Of a stretch of DNA of 64,000 nucleotides, positions 28,501 to 38,471 are shown piece by piece; the first letter of the stretch is position 1, and each line of letters opens with the position of its first letter. Under the pieces are notes generated by a model. It was not told the origin of the DNA, ran no database searches, and was given only the letters and a program-made list of their open reading frames with translations. The stretch covers positions 19,088 to 83,087 of the forward strand of contig PJMF01000010.1 of assembly GCA_003173865.1 (NCBI GenBank), read 5' to 3'. The DNA is from Minisyncoccota bacterium (GTDB taxonomy: Bacteria > Patescibacteriota > Microgenomatia > UBA1400 > PJMF01). Position numbers and translations under genes: made by a program.

Positions 28501-28911
28501 TCACTTAGTAGAACAAACAAAAACCAATTTTGGCACTATGGTTTCGGACAATAAGAAACTTTTGTCTGCATGGTGTTGTTTTCCATAATATTGCTCCCAA
28601 GTTCCCCAACCTCTGTAGAAACTTGAAAGTGTCTTATCTATAAAATTAACAATGTGTAAATCTCCGTCATGTTGAAAATCTTTCAGGTCGAGAAAAACTG
28701 TTTCAATAGCCATCTGATTACCTGGCGGTTGAGTTACAATACAACCCATCAATTTGTTTCGGACTGCCCCTCTCTGAGTAACTCCTGAATCGGTTAATTC
28801 TTGCAAATAAGTTCCTGGTAAAGGCAATGTTGCCAAAGAGCGAGGGTTTGAAGTCTTTGAGAAAAAGCCGACAACTGAGGTTGAGAAAGTGATCTTATTA
28901 TATTTTTCATT
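28501..28911 (-). pseudogene. 5'-truncated gene cut at the att junction
   Basis: Frame stays open upstream of TTG 28836 into the att half-site with no ATG start. Confidence 0.6.
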
Positions 28912-28958
28912 AGCTCCCCGTGTGGGACTTTATCCGAACGATAACAGATCTGAGCTAA
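28912..28958 (+). repeat. Distal att junction of the intact element plus alternative integrase tail
   Basis: GCTCC core, then CCGTGTGGGACTTTATCCGAAC, an imperfect inverted repeat of 44495-44512; reads LPVWDFIRTITDLS*. Confidence 0.9.
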
Positions 28959-28984
28959 GAACGGAATTATTACTTCTAGTCAAA

Positions 28985-30832
28985 CTAAATTGCGTTGTAC
29001 TCCTTAAGGGTGAATTCCAATGCCTCTTCGTGTCTATTTTTAACATTATCTTCTAAATCACCCATCCCAACTCTTCTTTGTCTTCTCATATAATCTGCTC
29101 TTAACCGCTCTTTTACGGTCTCTCTGTTGTCTAGATCTGGAGAAAAATTTAACTTCATGAAATGACAACCAATGCAGGTATAGACCCTATCTTCGCCAGT
29201 CATATCTGCTTCATTTTGTGCTTCACAAAGGGCAAAGGCCAAAGGCCTATTTTCTCCTATACACTGTTTAAAAAAAGACGACGCAACATTTATTGCATCC
29301 TCATTCCCAACTTTTTTGACGGTACCGACGTAAAAATTAGCTCCCGCAAAAATAAAATTAACGGACATCGTGTAGTTAGAAACGCAAGCATTATTGAAAA
29401 CAAAAGGAGCAGATGATGGATCTGAGATACCGTGAATCATAGGAATGTATGGACCCAAAGGATCTTGAGTAATGATGACGTTGCAAAATCTCATTTGCTC
29501 ATTTTCCTTTTCTTCTAAAACCTCCCATTTCTCTCTTTCTATTGCCATAAAATCTTCAACTACTGTTTTGGATGATCCTTTTTTATACTCTTTCTTATAC
29601 CAAGGATTGCCATCAAGCTCCACAAACTCATAAAAGGTTTTTACATTAACAATTCGATTAGTGCCTTCGCCTTTATTTGTTATGTCGAAGGAATCAAGGG
29701 TATCAATAGTAATGACATGGTCACAACTCTCCTTGTCGAGAAATTTAATTTTGAAACGATTGCCTTTTGGAAAACCTGCATGGCTACAAACAAACAATAA
29801 ATCATATGGGTAATACTGGATACTTTGATCCAAATCAAAGTTCCTAAACTGATTTTCTCTGAGTTCTTTAACAAATACATTTTTTTGTGCTAATAAATCA
29901 CAGATACCATCTGTTTCTGAATTTTTAAAAAAACCTGTGTCGACAAGTAGAGCTGAGTTTACTTGAATGTATGGTTCTGCCACAGAGGAAGCTATCAAAT
30001 AAGATGGTAGCGATTTATTGTATATGTGAGTTGAAGGAATTTTGGGGAAAAGGTAACCATACGTGAAGTCGTTAGTAAAAAAAGTGATCAATTTGTATTG
30101 TTCCACATTTTTTATGTCTAACTCAAAATCCGATTTCACTTCTCCGAAAATTTGTCTTGCAAGTTCACCTCCTCTATCTTCATGCACCGATTCTCCAATC
30201 ATGTCATAAATTTCCCTTGAGCTATATTTACTTTTACTCACAAAAAATCGGATATCAGCTTTTACAGAAAAAGCATAATTGGCTAAAATCACAGGATTAT
30301 GGAGGTCCGACGAATCTGAGGCTAACAGGTGTTCTTGTTCTACCGACTGAACAATTCGATAATCTGCATCCGATTTGATTATTAATTTTAATTTTCTCCG
30401 TTTTGCTTCTAATAACGCAAACGTGACTTTTTCTCTATCTGGAGGACATTCAATTACTCCTTCAAATTTTATTCCGAAATTGGACGCTAATGTGTTAATC
30501 TCGGTTTTTTTGTTGATGTATATATATCTATCTTCTCTTAAACCAAGGTGATCCTTAATTAGATTCATCATCTTTGAAGGTACATCAGCAAAAATAATTT
30601 TTTCTGCCTTTACTCTCGCAAGAACATTATTTAATTTAACGAATTCGTTGCGCCAGTATTTATGAAGCGACCGTGGAAGTTCAAGTACAGCAAAGTACGT
30701 ATTCTCATCGTTAAAACATGACGATATTTGGGCACTTAATACAAAGTTCCCACTAATGCACACGACTCTTTTTTCTATTTTAGGTGGGAAGCTTAATGAG
30801 TCATTTATTGGATCAGGCATGGGTAAATTCAA
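28985..30832 (-). CDS. Protein with CHAT/caspase-like protease motifs
   Basis: LLFVCSHAG and FVFNNACVS dyad motifs, FAGANFYVGT. Confidence 0.55.
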   Translation of the reverse strand: MNLPMPDPINDSLSFPPKIEKRVVCISGNFVLSAQISSCFNDENTYFAVLELPRSLHKYWRNEFVKLNNVLARVKAEKIIFADVPSKMMNLIKDHLGLREDRYIYINKKTEINTLASNFGIKFEGVIECPPDREKVTFALLEAKRRKLKLIIKSDADYRIVQSVEQEHLLASDSSDLHNPVILANYAFSVKADIRFFVSKSKYSSREIYDMIGESVHEDRGGELARQIFGEVKSDFELDIKNVEQYKLITFFTNDFTYGYLFPKIPSTHIYNKSLPSYLIASSVAEPYIQVNSALLVDTGFFKNSETDGICDLLAQKNVFVKELRENQFRNFDLDQSIQYYPYDLLFVCSHAGFPKGNRFKIKFLDKESCDHVITIDTLDSFDITNKGEGTNRIVNVKTFYEFVELDGNPWYKKEYKKGSSKTVVEDFMAIEREKWEVLEEKENEQMRFCNVIITQDPLGPYIPMIHGISDPSSAPFVFNNACVSNYTMSVNFIFAGANFYVGTVKKVGNEDAINVASSFFKQCIGENRPLAFALCEAQNEADMTGEDRVYTCIGCHFMKLNFSPDLDNRETVKERLRADYMRRQRRVGMGDLEDNVKNRHEEALEFTLKEYNAI

Positions 30833-31446
30833 GAATTACTATAAATGTCGAGAAAATCAAAAATTGTTTGAGGGAATAAAAGCGAAAGGCCAATCCCCAA
30901 AATATGTTCAGGTGTATACACGAGCGTGTTGTGAGCTCCTTCAAGTGGTACAGTCTCTGGTGGTACAGCTTCATCGCCGAATGCTGGCCTAATGGTCATC
31001 AACCGAGCTCGATCCTGTTTGGTTAAGAGGTGTTCGCTGGCTTCAAACTGCAAAACTGACTGTTTGAAAGCAGGACTTTTTTGACTCACACTCTCAAGAG
31101 ACCGAAACGTTCTATTTGGGTTACCTCTTCGCAAACGGCCACAATTATTTACTGCTTTTTCAATAACATCCTGTCGCTCTCGAAATACATTAAATGCAAA
31201 ACTTCCACCTGCACTTGAGCCAATAACATAAACCTTTCCACGTTTGTGCAACTCGTCGATAAGTACCAGCATCCGTTCAAGCTTGGGCTCAAAATCTTCA
31301 CCGTCATACCAGCCAACCCTAGATATGTGTGTTTCCACACCCATTTTCTTCCAACCTTTAGTTGCCCAAGTCATAGCTTCAATGTTATCGCCGAGTCCAG
31401 GAATAAAAATGATTTGTGGTTTTGCCTCAGGAGATGTCATCTTCAT
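30829..31446 (-). CDS. Alpha/beta hydrolase
   Basis: FIPGLG, GSSAGG, DEAVP, H. Confidence 0.8.
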   Translation of the reverse strand: MKMTSPEAKPQIIFIPGLGDNIEAMTWATKGWKKMGVETHISRVGWYDGEDFEPKLERMLVLIDELHKRGKVYVIGSSAGGSFAFNVFRERQDVIEKAVNNCGRLRRGNPNRTFRSLESVSQKSPAFKQSVLQFEASEHLLTKQDRARLMTIRPAFGDEAVPPETVPLEGAHNTLVYTPEHILGIGLSLLFPQTIFDFLDIYSNS

Positions 31447-31795
31447 CCTTAAGGTGCTTTCGCGCTTTTTTAACTTCTCTATGCATAGATTGCATTAAAT
31501 CTGCATAAGACTCTGGTGTCATCCCTTTTGGAGGGTTTTCAATCAGACTTCTTTCAAGTTCGAGAAAAGCTTCGAGCATTCGATCAGGAGTGACATCAGG
31601 GCTAAAAGTTGCATGTGCGCCCATTTGCCCATTTTCATCAATACTTGTGTAGTCAATGTGGTAGCCGATTCCTGGAAAAGTGTCAGTATCTATTTCTATT
31701 GTCCCTCCACTTCCAACTGGCCGAGTTTTTGGTTTTTGTTGTTCCTCTTGTCCTTGGCCTCGTCTTTTTCTCCACCATCGCTCAAGTCTTTGCAT
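31427..31795 (-). CDS. Hypothetical protein
   Basis: AAAGGT RBS; lies within a coupled gene run. Confidence 0.6.
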   Translation of the reverse strand: MQRLERWWRKRRGQGQEEQQKPKTRPVGSGGTIEIDTDTFPGIGYHIDYTSIDENGQMGAHATFSPDVTPDRMLEAFLELERSLIENPPKGMTPESYADLMQSMHREVKKARKHLKDEDDIS

Positions 31796-31813
31796 ATTTA
31801 CCTTTCTGAAATC

Positions 31814-32671
31814 TCACCACTTATAAGCCTTGTGAAGGATTGCTTCCCAAATCGAATCGGGAGTAATTTTCCTCACAAATGTGTATAGTTTCGTATCAAT
31901 GCCGATTTTATACCTGATGCGTGTTTTGGGCAGATTTGCTATCTCAAATAATTTATTGACTACGTGCTGGGGATCAACAATCCTTTTGATTATGGGGTTG
32001 TCAATTACTTTTTCTTTCGTGAGCGTTTCACGGTCTAATGGATTACGTAAACCAGAATAAGCAGTTTTGCCAGACTTATACCCCTTTAATACTTTGCTGT
32101 GATTTTGAAAATCAGTTAAAAATGCTCCTGGTTCAACCACCGTAACATCTACTCCAAATGGTTTGACTTCAAAGCGGAGCACCTCAGACATCGTTTCTAA
32201 AGCAAACTTAGAAGATGAATACACACCATATAATCCAAAGGATAGTAAACCGTTTAACGAAGTTACATTGATAATCCTTCCTGACTTTCTTTGCCTCATA
32301 GAGGGTAAAACTGCTTGAATCATTCTCAACGCACCAAAAATATTCACGTCATACTGTTCTTGAATTTGCTCAATATCAAACTCTTCTAACGGACCGAAGT
32401 AGCCGAAGCCTGCATTGTTAATCAGTACGTCAATATGGCCATTAGCTTTGAGAATTTTCTGCACTTCGAAATCAATTTCATTTTGTTTGGTTACATCAAT
32501 CTTCACTACTTCTAAATCTAGCTTTTCCTTGTCGGCAGTTGATTGCAATTTTTTTGATCGTTCATCCAAACTTTTTACCGATGCAAAAACCTTCCAGCCA
32601 TTACGAGCAAATTTCAAAGCAGCGAGATAACCAAAGCCAGATGAGCAACCTGTAATGAGAATAATTTTCAT
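31814..32671 (-). CDS. SDR oxidoreductase
   Basis: TGCSSGFG, NNAG, YSSSK, EPG. Confidence 0.95.
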   Translation of the reverse strand: MKIILITGCSSGFGYLAALKFARNGWKVFASVKSLDERSKKLQSTADKEKLDLEVVKIDVTKQNEIDFEVQKILKANGHIDVLINNAGFGYFGPLEEFDIEQIQEQYDVNIFGALRMIQAVLPSMRQRKSGRIINVTSLNGLLSFGLYGVYSSSKFALETMSEVLRFEVKPFGVDVTVVEPGAFLTDFQNHSKVLKGYKSGKTAYSGLRNPLDRETLTKEKVIDNPIIKRIVDPQHVVNKLFEIANLPKTRIRYKIGIDTKLYTFVRKITPDSIWEAILHKAYKW

Positions 32672-33102
32672 AAATTTAAGGTATAGATAAGGTAGTTATC
32701 TTTATCCTTCGCATTTTGAATAAAACCGACTGAACTAAGTGCTTTTTGACTTGCGATATTTTTTTCTTCCGCACCTGCTTCCAGCTGTTTAATTTCCAAG
32801 CTTTTAGCCTTCTCAATGAGAGTTAGAAGGAGTTGCTTACCTTTGCCTTTACCTCTTTCATCGGGTGAAATATAAAAAGAGAAATAGCCAACCCCATAAG
32901 GTCCCTTTTCAAGGTCTGTAAAACCAATTGCATTGTCATCTTCGTAAACGATCCATCCATACCGAGACTCGGGATTAAGTAATTTCAGCCAAGAAGCTAG
33001 ATGTGTATATGAACTCAATTCTTTTTGTCCTTCAATATCATCCTCAAACCATTGGGTAATGAGTTCCTGATCTGAAACTGAAACTGGAACGAAATGAATC
33101 AT
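32668..33102 (-). CDS. GNAT acetyltransferase
   Basis: RGKGKG, NIASQK. Confidence 0.85.
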   Translation of the reverse strand: MIHFVPVSVSDQELITQWFEDDIEGQKELSSYTHLASWLKLLNPESRYGWIVYEDDNAIGFTDLEKGPYGVGYFSFYISPDERGKGKGKQLLLTLIEKAKSLEIKQLEAGAEEKNIASQKALSSVGFIQNAKDKDNYLIYTLNL

Positions 33103-33124
33103 AGCTTCAATCTCTACTTTTTAA

Positions 33125-33664
33125 CTATTTTAAAAGTCCCTCAATCTTCAATAGAGCATATGCACTAATACTCGGGGCATCCTTAATTTCTCCTTGTACA
33201 ATCATTTTTTCCAGATCTTCAACTGTAAATTTAGACATAGTCATTCCCATCTCACTTATTTCTAAATTCTGTGAACCTTTTTCAAAATCAGTTGCAAGAA
33301 AAATATGGAAACCTTGGTTACAGTACCCATACGCTTCATAGAAAAAACCAATCTCCTGCCAACTCTTAGCTCTTAGACCTGCTTCTTCTAATAATTCTTT
33401 TTGAGCAACTTCTTTTGCACTCGTCTCTGGCTTTTCTTCATAAGAACCCTGAGGAAATTCCCAAAATGATTTGCCAACTGGGTAACGGAACTGTCGTACT
33501 AAGTAAAAATGAGTTCCATCGAATGGAATAATTAGTGCAAAGTCGGGTTTTTCAACAATCCCGTAAATACCTTTCTTCCCGTTTGCAAACTCCACCTCGT
33601 CTTCGTAAACAGACATCCATTTATTCTTATACTTTGGAATTCGCGATAATTGCTTGATGCTCAT
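33125..33664 (-). CDS. NUDIX hydrolase (ADP-ribose pyrophosphatase-like)
   Basis: VRQFRYP, EFPQG...AQKELLEEAG. Confidence 0.92.
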   Translation of the reverse strand: MSIKQLSRIPKYKNKWMSVYEDEVEFANGKKGIYGIVEKPDFALIIPFDGTHFYLVRQFRYPVGKSFWEFPQGSYEEKPETSAKEVAQKELLEEAGLRAKSWQEIGFFYEAYGYCNQGFHIFLATDFEKGSQNLEISEMGMTMSKFTVEDLEKMIVQGEIKDAPSISAYALLKIEGLLK

Positions 33665-33674
33665 ATATTTCTTT

Positions 33675-34595
33675 CTACTTTTTCATTTCTTCATATGAAC
33701 CATAAATTAGCTGAGGATTTCGCAACTCAGTCACTTCAACTTCATCTCCAATTTGGATTACTCCCTCTCCATGTGGATTGATGTTCTCGCCAAAAATGGG
33801 ATTCAGTTCATCATGAATGTTCTTCCATACGCGGTACTTCATCATTGTGCGATTTGGTTCAGCTGTTTTCTCACCGGTCTCAGGATTAATCTGCGGAATA
33901 GGGCATCGTTCACAGGGTTTTGGTTGATCACAGGGAATGCCAGCAACATTGAGCGCAAAAATCGCATGGACAAATTGAGGTTCAAAACCCTCTGCAACAA
34001 ATTGCGGTCGAAAACGCTCCCAACCTAATGAAACTCCTGCTCTTTGCTCTAATTCTGTAACATCTTCTTGTGGAAACCAATGAATTGGATAGCCGTCTTG
34101 AAACCGCGCTGTATTATCATTCTTGAGATAATTTTGACGAGTTGGACGATGAAATGCTTCACCAACTGCCCGCACCAATCGTACCGGCTTTCCTAAATGA
34201 TCACTAAACCAGGTTGCGAGTTGGTCGTCTTGATCAACCGCTTGGCAAACATCATCCCAAACTTTCACTGGAATAACTTTACCGCTAATGTTGTCTAAAG
34301 GCACAGTGATTGAATCTTTATCACCCCAACTTACACTTAGTATTCCATTCTCAAATCTAGGCAGGATTTGGGTCATAATATTCATACCTCGCTGTCTTTG
34401 TTGAACAAATTCATGCACTCCATCGGCGTTTACTTCTGCGCTGACTACCATAAAGTCATGATCTTTGAGTCCACCTTCTACTGTTTCTAGTCCTGCTTTA
34501 GTAAGTCGTGCCTGAGTAAGCTCTAAGCGATGTGTGCTTTTAATTGGATACAAAGCAAGCTGAGAAATTCGACCTTTTGCTTCTACTGATGGCAT
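33675..34595 (-). CDS. MOSC domain protein
   Basis: LYPIKS, FQDGYP, RFRP, PCERC, FGEN. Confidence 0.9.
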   Translation of the reverse strand: MPSVEAKGRISQLALYPIKSTHRLELTQARLTKAGLETVEGGLKDHDFMVVSAEVNADGVHEFVQQRQRGMNIMTQILPRFENGILSVSWGDKDSITVPLDNISGKVIPVKVWDDVCQAVDQDDQLATWFSDHLGKPVRLVRAVGEAFHRPTRQNYLKNDNTARFQDGYPIHWFPQEDVTELEQRAGVSLGWERFRPQFVAEGFEPQFVHAIFALNVAGIPCDQPKPCERCPIPQINPETGEKTAEPNRTMMKYRVWKNIHDELNPIFGENINPHGEGVIQIGDEVEVTELRNPQLIYGSYEEMKK

Positions 34596-35194
34596 AGTTG
34601 TTTCACCTTTCTTGGATTTCTAAATTTCTTTCCATGACCTGGAATTACCCAATCTGCTTTCTCCAACACTAATTTTCGAGAGGCAATTTGTGCATCTCGA
34701 TCAGTTGCAAATGGGTCCTGAAGCTCAAGTAAATCTGCTTCTGTTTCCGATTTCTGTTTTCCATCTTCCCACCAAAACACATCCTGAGCTATGCAAACCC
34801 AACCATCATCCGTATTTACTAACAATGAAGTATGTTCAGGACTGTGGCCGGGGGTTGGCAAGATTTCAATATGGGTTCCTGGAATAAACTCTTTATGGAA
34901 ATACTCCTCATCGCCTTTCCAAAAGACACCACCATCGTAAATGTGCGTATCAGGAAAAAGACGAATGTTCAAAAAATGATCAGGGTGATAATGAGTTAAG
35001 TAAATGAAATCAATATCTTGAGGTTTGAGCTTCAAACTTTTCAGGGAAGCCAATAACTTCTCTTTATTGGTTCCAGGGTCAACTAATATTTTCTTTCCAT
35101 CAGCCTCAATAAGAGTAGTTGTGGGACTCGCAACGAATGATCCATCTTCTTTTGGGTACGCATATCCTTCAATTAAAATGTGAACTTTATCCAT
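34583..35194 (-). CDS. Metallo-beta-lactamase fold hydrolase
   Basis: THYHPDH, TPGH, IPGHG. Confidence 0.9.
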   Translation of the reverse strand: MDKVHILIEGYAYPKEDGSFVASPTTTLIEADGKKILVDPGTNKEKLLASLKSLKLKPQDIDFIYLTHYHPDHFLNIRLFPDTHIYDGGVFWKGDEEYFHKEFIPGTHIEILPTPGHSPEHTSLLVNTDDGWVCIAQDVFWWEDGKQKSETEADLLELQDPFATDRDAQIASRKLVLEKADWVIPGHGKKFRNPRKVKQLCHQ

Positions 35195-35280
35195 AGCTGG
35201 CTTCTCCAAGGTTCTTTATATGGCAATTTTACACTCAAGTGTATCAAACCAAAAGTGACCGGAATTGATGAAGAAAAGAA

Positions 35281-35360
35281 ATGCTTCCAATGCTTGCATT
35301 GCCACCACACCAGATACATAGATCTCATCAAGATATGGAAGCATGGCAGCAATGGAAGCA
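35281..35360. repeat. Inverted 9-bp iteron array, copy 1
   Basis: TGCTTCCAA-TGCTTGCAT-TGCCACCAC ... TGGAAGCA-TGGCAGCAA-TGGAAGCA; colinear with 41095-41175. Confidence 0.8.
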
Positions 35361-35370
35361 AAAATGAGAA

Positions 35371-36030
35371 TTATTTGCCTAAGTCTATTTGTACCCCGTC
35401 CGTAAACAATCCACCTTGGGCGAGTAGTTTGAGCCCAGTTGCGTCTTTTGGTACATCAAACACAATTTTGCCGGTGACCGACAAACTTGGTTGAACTTGC
35501 TGCAAGAAGAAGGAAGTACCACCATTCGTTTCTTCCATAGCCAGCTGTCCATCGGTCGAATAGTCGAACTTTCTTCCCTGGCTATCAACGACATGGAAAT
35601 CGGAAGCATTAATTGTCTTGGTATCTTTGCCATTATTCTGGATCTTCACCGTTAAAACATAAAATATGCCTTGAGCTGTTTTGGACGTAAAACTGTTCCC
35701 TATGGTTGATGCCGTACTCACCGACTGAACCGTAAATCCAAGATCATCATCAGTAGTGGTGTCTCCCACCTTTGCCTGTTTTACTTGCGGTTGATCGGAA
35801 GTTGAACCAACAGCTGCCGCTGTATTCCCACTCGTTGAATTAGATGATGTGCTACTCGAACTTGATTTGCTACCTCCGGCTACTCCTACCAGGATAAAGA
35901 AGACGGTGACCGCCAAGATACCAGTCATGATCTTGTGCTTCATAAACCAGTTTCGCTGGTCAGTTTGACAATTCGGACACTTCGTCGCTTTATCATCAAT
36001 TTCTTTTCGGCAACTTTTACACATTTTCAT
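35371..36030 (-). CDS. Zn-ribbon plus TM plus DUF4352 protein
   Basis: CKSC...CPNC, TM helix, Ser linker, VDSQGRKF...GKIVFDVP. Confidence 0.85.
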   Translation of the reverse strand: MKMCKSCRKEIDDKATKCPNCQTDQRNWFMKHKIMTGILAVTVFFILVGVAGGSKSSSSSTSSNSTSGNTAAAVGSTSDQPQVKQAKVGDTTTDDDLGFTVQSVSTASTIGNSFTSKTAQGIFYVLTVKIQNNGKDTKTINASDFHVVDSQGRKFDYSTDGQLAMEETNGGTSFFLQQVQPSLSVTGKIVFDVPKDATGLKLLAQGGLFTDGVQIDLGK

Positions 36031-36125
36031 ATATTTTTCCTTTTCTATCGAGCGCCCAAATATTGTACAGTATAATTTCCATATATGGAATGGTTAAATA
36101 TGGCAAGTCCTCAAATAATGAGAGG

Positions 36126-36365
36126 ATGCCGAGTAGATACCAACAAAAGAACGAATACCAGAGAGAACGGGAACAGTTGGGACAAACCATCAAGAGACTT
36201 CGTAATGAACGCAAAATGACCCAAGAGGATCTTGCCGATGAAGCGGACATTAACGTTTCGTATTTGGCCAAAATTGAGAATGGGTACGTGAATACCTCGA
36301 TTCGCTACCTAATTAAGATCTCCCGCGGTCTGAAAGCCAAAGTCCAAGAATTGTTTGAGTTTTAA
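36126..36365 (+). CDS. XRE-family HTH regulator
   Basis: MTQEDLA...YLAKIENG. Confidence 0.9.
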   Translation: MPSRYQQKNEYQREREQLGQTIKRLRNERKMTQEDLADEADINVSYLAKIENGYVNTSIRYLIKISRGLKAKVQELFEF

Positions 36366-36469
36366 GTCTCCTTATTTTGGTGTTGCAAACCCCAACCTTT
36401 CCAGCTTTACAGTTCTGGTTTTTTTCGTATTATGAGGATAAATGAAAATTATCATAAGAATCAATTAAT

Positions 36470-37876
36470 ATGCAAAATTCAACTTTGCAGTCAAATGACG
36501 AAGTTACATTACGTTTAAAAGCCTCCCTAGTTAGAAAAAGTGAAGGTCTGAGTCATCTTAACAATCCAAGAGATTTTTTTAGTGAACTTGCTAATATTTA
36601 TAAATTTATTTCCTCAAGAAACGAGCTGGTGATTATCTTAGAGGAAATGCTCGCGGATTACCAAAAAGAGTTTGTGGAAACGGAGAAGTTAAGACTACAA
36701 GTAGAAAAGGAATTAAATCAATCTTTGGATGAAATTAAAGACATTGCAATCAAAAATAATTTAGTTACTAAGTCCCAGTGGAATGAAGTAAAAGCTTATT
36801 ATGAGAATCACATGGCAAATCCTGTCATACCTGACTTATTGAAAAATCAAGATTCGCCTTCATCGTTAGGAATTACCATTGGTGAATACTATTCCGTGGC
36901 GTATGGATCTACTCAAGCTATGTCTGAAGACGTTACCAGGGAAAGAATGCTACTTGTATATTTAGGTCGTATCGTAGCAACAATTTTTAGCAAAAATCCA
37001 GAATTAGTAAAAAGGTACGTTATCCTTTTCAAGGATGATAAAGGTCAAGAAGTTATTCAGGATTATAAAATTTCGACAACCTATCGGGAATTCGAAAATA
37101 AAAGAGCTCTTGCTACAGTGAAATCGCAAATTTCCCCCTGGTTTGCCTTTTCAAGGCTACAATTAGTACCCCTTTGTATGTATGACTATGTAGAATATAT
37201 GGCTAGATTAAAGGAGCAAAATGACATAGTTAGGTCAATGAATCTCAATTTGCTCGTAGGAGAAATGAGAAATATTTTGGGGAATAAACAGACTTATTCT
37301 AACCAACCTACCATCTTCGTTGTTCAAGATTATAAAAATTATTTCTTAAGGGTTATAGATCACATTTTGGATTACCTAGACTTTACCTCTGAGGAAACTA
37401 AAGAGAAGATAACTCCTTTACAGATTACTCCGAGTCAATCACAAAACATAAAATCCCCTAGCCTTCCTCAATTTCTACCTCAAGACGATCTTGATTCTCT
37501 TTTTTTAGCTAAATTTAGTTTTAATCCAGAGCCCCAAAAAGGCAAATACTTTCTGCGTTACGGTTCTCATATACCAGCAACATTTGATATGAATTCTGAT
37601 TTGGGAAATGTCTGTTATGCGCTTGCCAAAAAAATAGGTGGGTGGGTGCATGCACAGGAAATCGTTTCTCAGGCATGGCCGAAGATAAATTATGAAGCGG
37701 AAACATCGGAGAAGGGCAAAAAGCTTCACAAAAAAGTTCGAGATACAATAAGTGACATACGTATAAAAAAATTAGTACCACATGGGTTGGCTGATGCTAT
37801 TGTTATCCAATCTGGATACGATCTTATCGGTGATAAGGGCAGTAATTGGTTCAGATTTATGCTTATTGCTCCATAG
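36470..37876 (+). CDS. Hypothetical protein with probable C-terminal winged HTH
   Basis: EIVSQAWP...VRDTISDIRIKK resembles an OmpR-type effector domain. Confidence 0.6.
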   Translation: MQNSTLQSNDEVTLRLKASLVRKSEGLSHLNNPRDFFSELANIYKFISSRNELVIILEEMLADYQKEFVETEKLRLQVEKELNQSLDEIKDIAIKNNLVTKSQWNEVKAYYENHMANPVIPDLLKNQDSPSSLGITIGEYYSVAYGSTQAMSEDVTRERMLLVYLGRIVATIFSKNPELVKRYVILFKDDKGQEVIQDYKISTTYREFENKRALATVKSQISPWFAFSRLQLVPLCMYDYVEYMARLKEQNDIVRSMNLNLLVGEMRNILGNKQTYSNQPTIFVVQDYKNYFLRVIDHILDYLDFTSEETKEKITPLQITPSQSQNIKSPSLPQFLPQDDLDSLFLAKFSFNPEPQKGKYFLRYGSHIPATFDMNSDLGNVCYALAKKIGGWVHAQEIVSQAWPKINYEAETSEKGKKLHKKVRDTISDIRIKKLVPHGLADAIVIQSGYDLIGDKGSNWFRFMLIAP

Positions 37877-37879
37877 GTT

Positions 37880-37928
37880 TCCGTTACTTCTGTTAGTCTC
37901 CGTTACTTTTTTCCGTCACCTCCGTCAC
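37880..37928 (+). repeat. Five TC(C/T)GT(T/C)A(C/G) direct repeats, putative regulator sites
   Basis: TCCGTTAC, TCTGTTAG, TCCGTTAC, TCCGTCAC, TCCGTCAC upstream of the replication operon. Confidence 0.75.
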
Positions 37929-37963
37929 TTTTTCAGAATAAAGAGCCGATCAATACTAGGCTC

Positions 37964-38212
37964 ATGTCAAATTATTCTGTAAATGATTATTTCAACACTT
38001 TCGATTTAGGCCTTAGCGCAGCTTTAGTCTCCCTTGGCTTCCCCATTGATCATCTCGATAAGTCAAATGCTCGTAAAGTCGAGTTTGTATTTCTGCGCGT
38101 CGATGGCTTAGACCAGGCTATCCAATCGTATTGGTCTAATTCTCTTTCTGTCTCTGCCTTGTCGTATTTCAATGCCACAAAAATGATCAAGAACAGGATC
38201 TATAGCGAGTAG
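37964..38212 (+). CDS. DUF5659-like protein
   Basis: TFDLGLSAAL...FVF...YW...K..KNRIY. Confidence 0.75.
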   Translation: MSNYSVNDYFNTFDLGLSAALVSLGFPIDHLDKSNARKVEFVFLRVDGLDQAIQSYWSNSLSVSALSYFNATKMIKNRIYSE

Positions 38213-38231
38213 CAAAAGTTGAAAGTAAAAA

Positions 38232-38423
38232 ATGAAAATTACAAAAGATTACCTTCCAGAAACTCCACCACTAGAACCAATCTCAGGGTCTTTTTATTCT
38301 TTAGCACAACTTCTCTCGATTTGGTGGGATAAACACAATCTTGATGAAAAGTTAGCAACTCACACGATGGATGAAGTTCTTCAAGAAATGATTAGAGAGA
38401 GAAATAAGGAGGAAAAAATGTAA
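38232..38423 (+). CDS. Small hypothetical protein
   Basis: 63 aa ORF within the operon. Confidence 0.55.
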   Translation: MKITKDYLPETPPLEPISGSFYSLAQLLSIWWDKHNLDEKLATHTMDEVLQEMIRERNKEEKM

Positions 38424-38471
38424 AACAAAATACTCCACCAAAAAAAATACTTAACAATCAAAGGAGCCAAC

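Noticed and set aside
10846-28939. 28-bp repeats as a CRISPR array or integron attC sites
   Set aside because: Spacing is 0.7-9.5 kb with whole genes between copies; no cas or tyrosine integrase gene; the repeats lack the RYYYAAC...GTTRRRY hairpin form.
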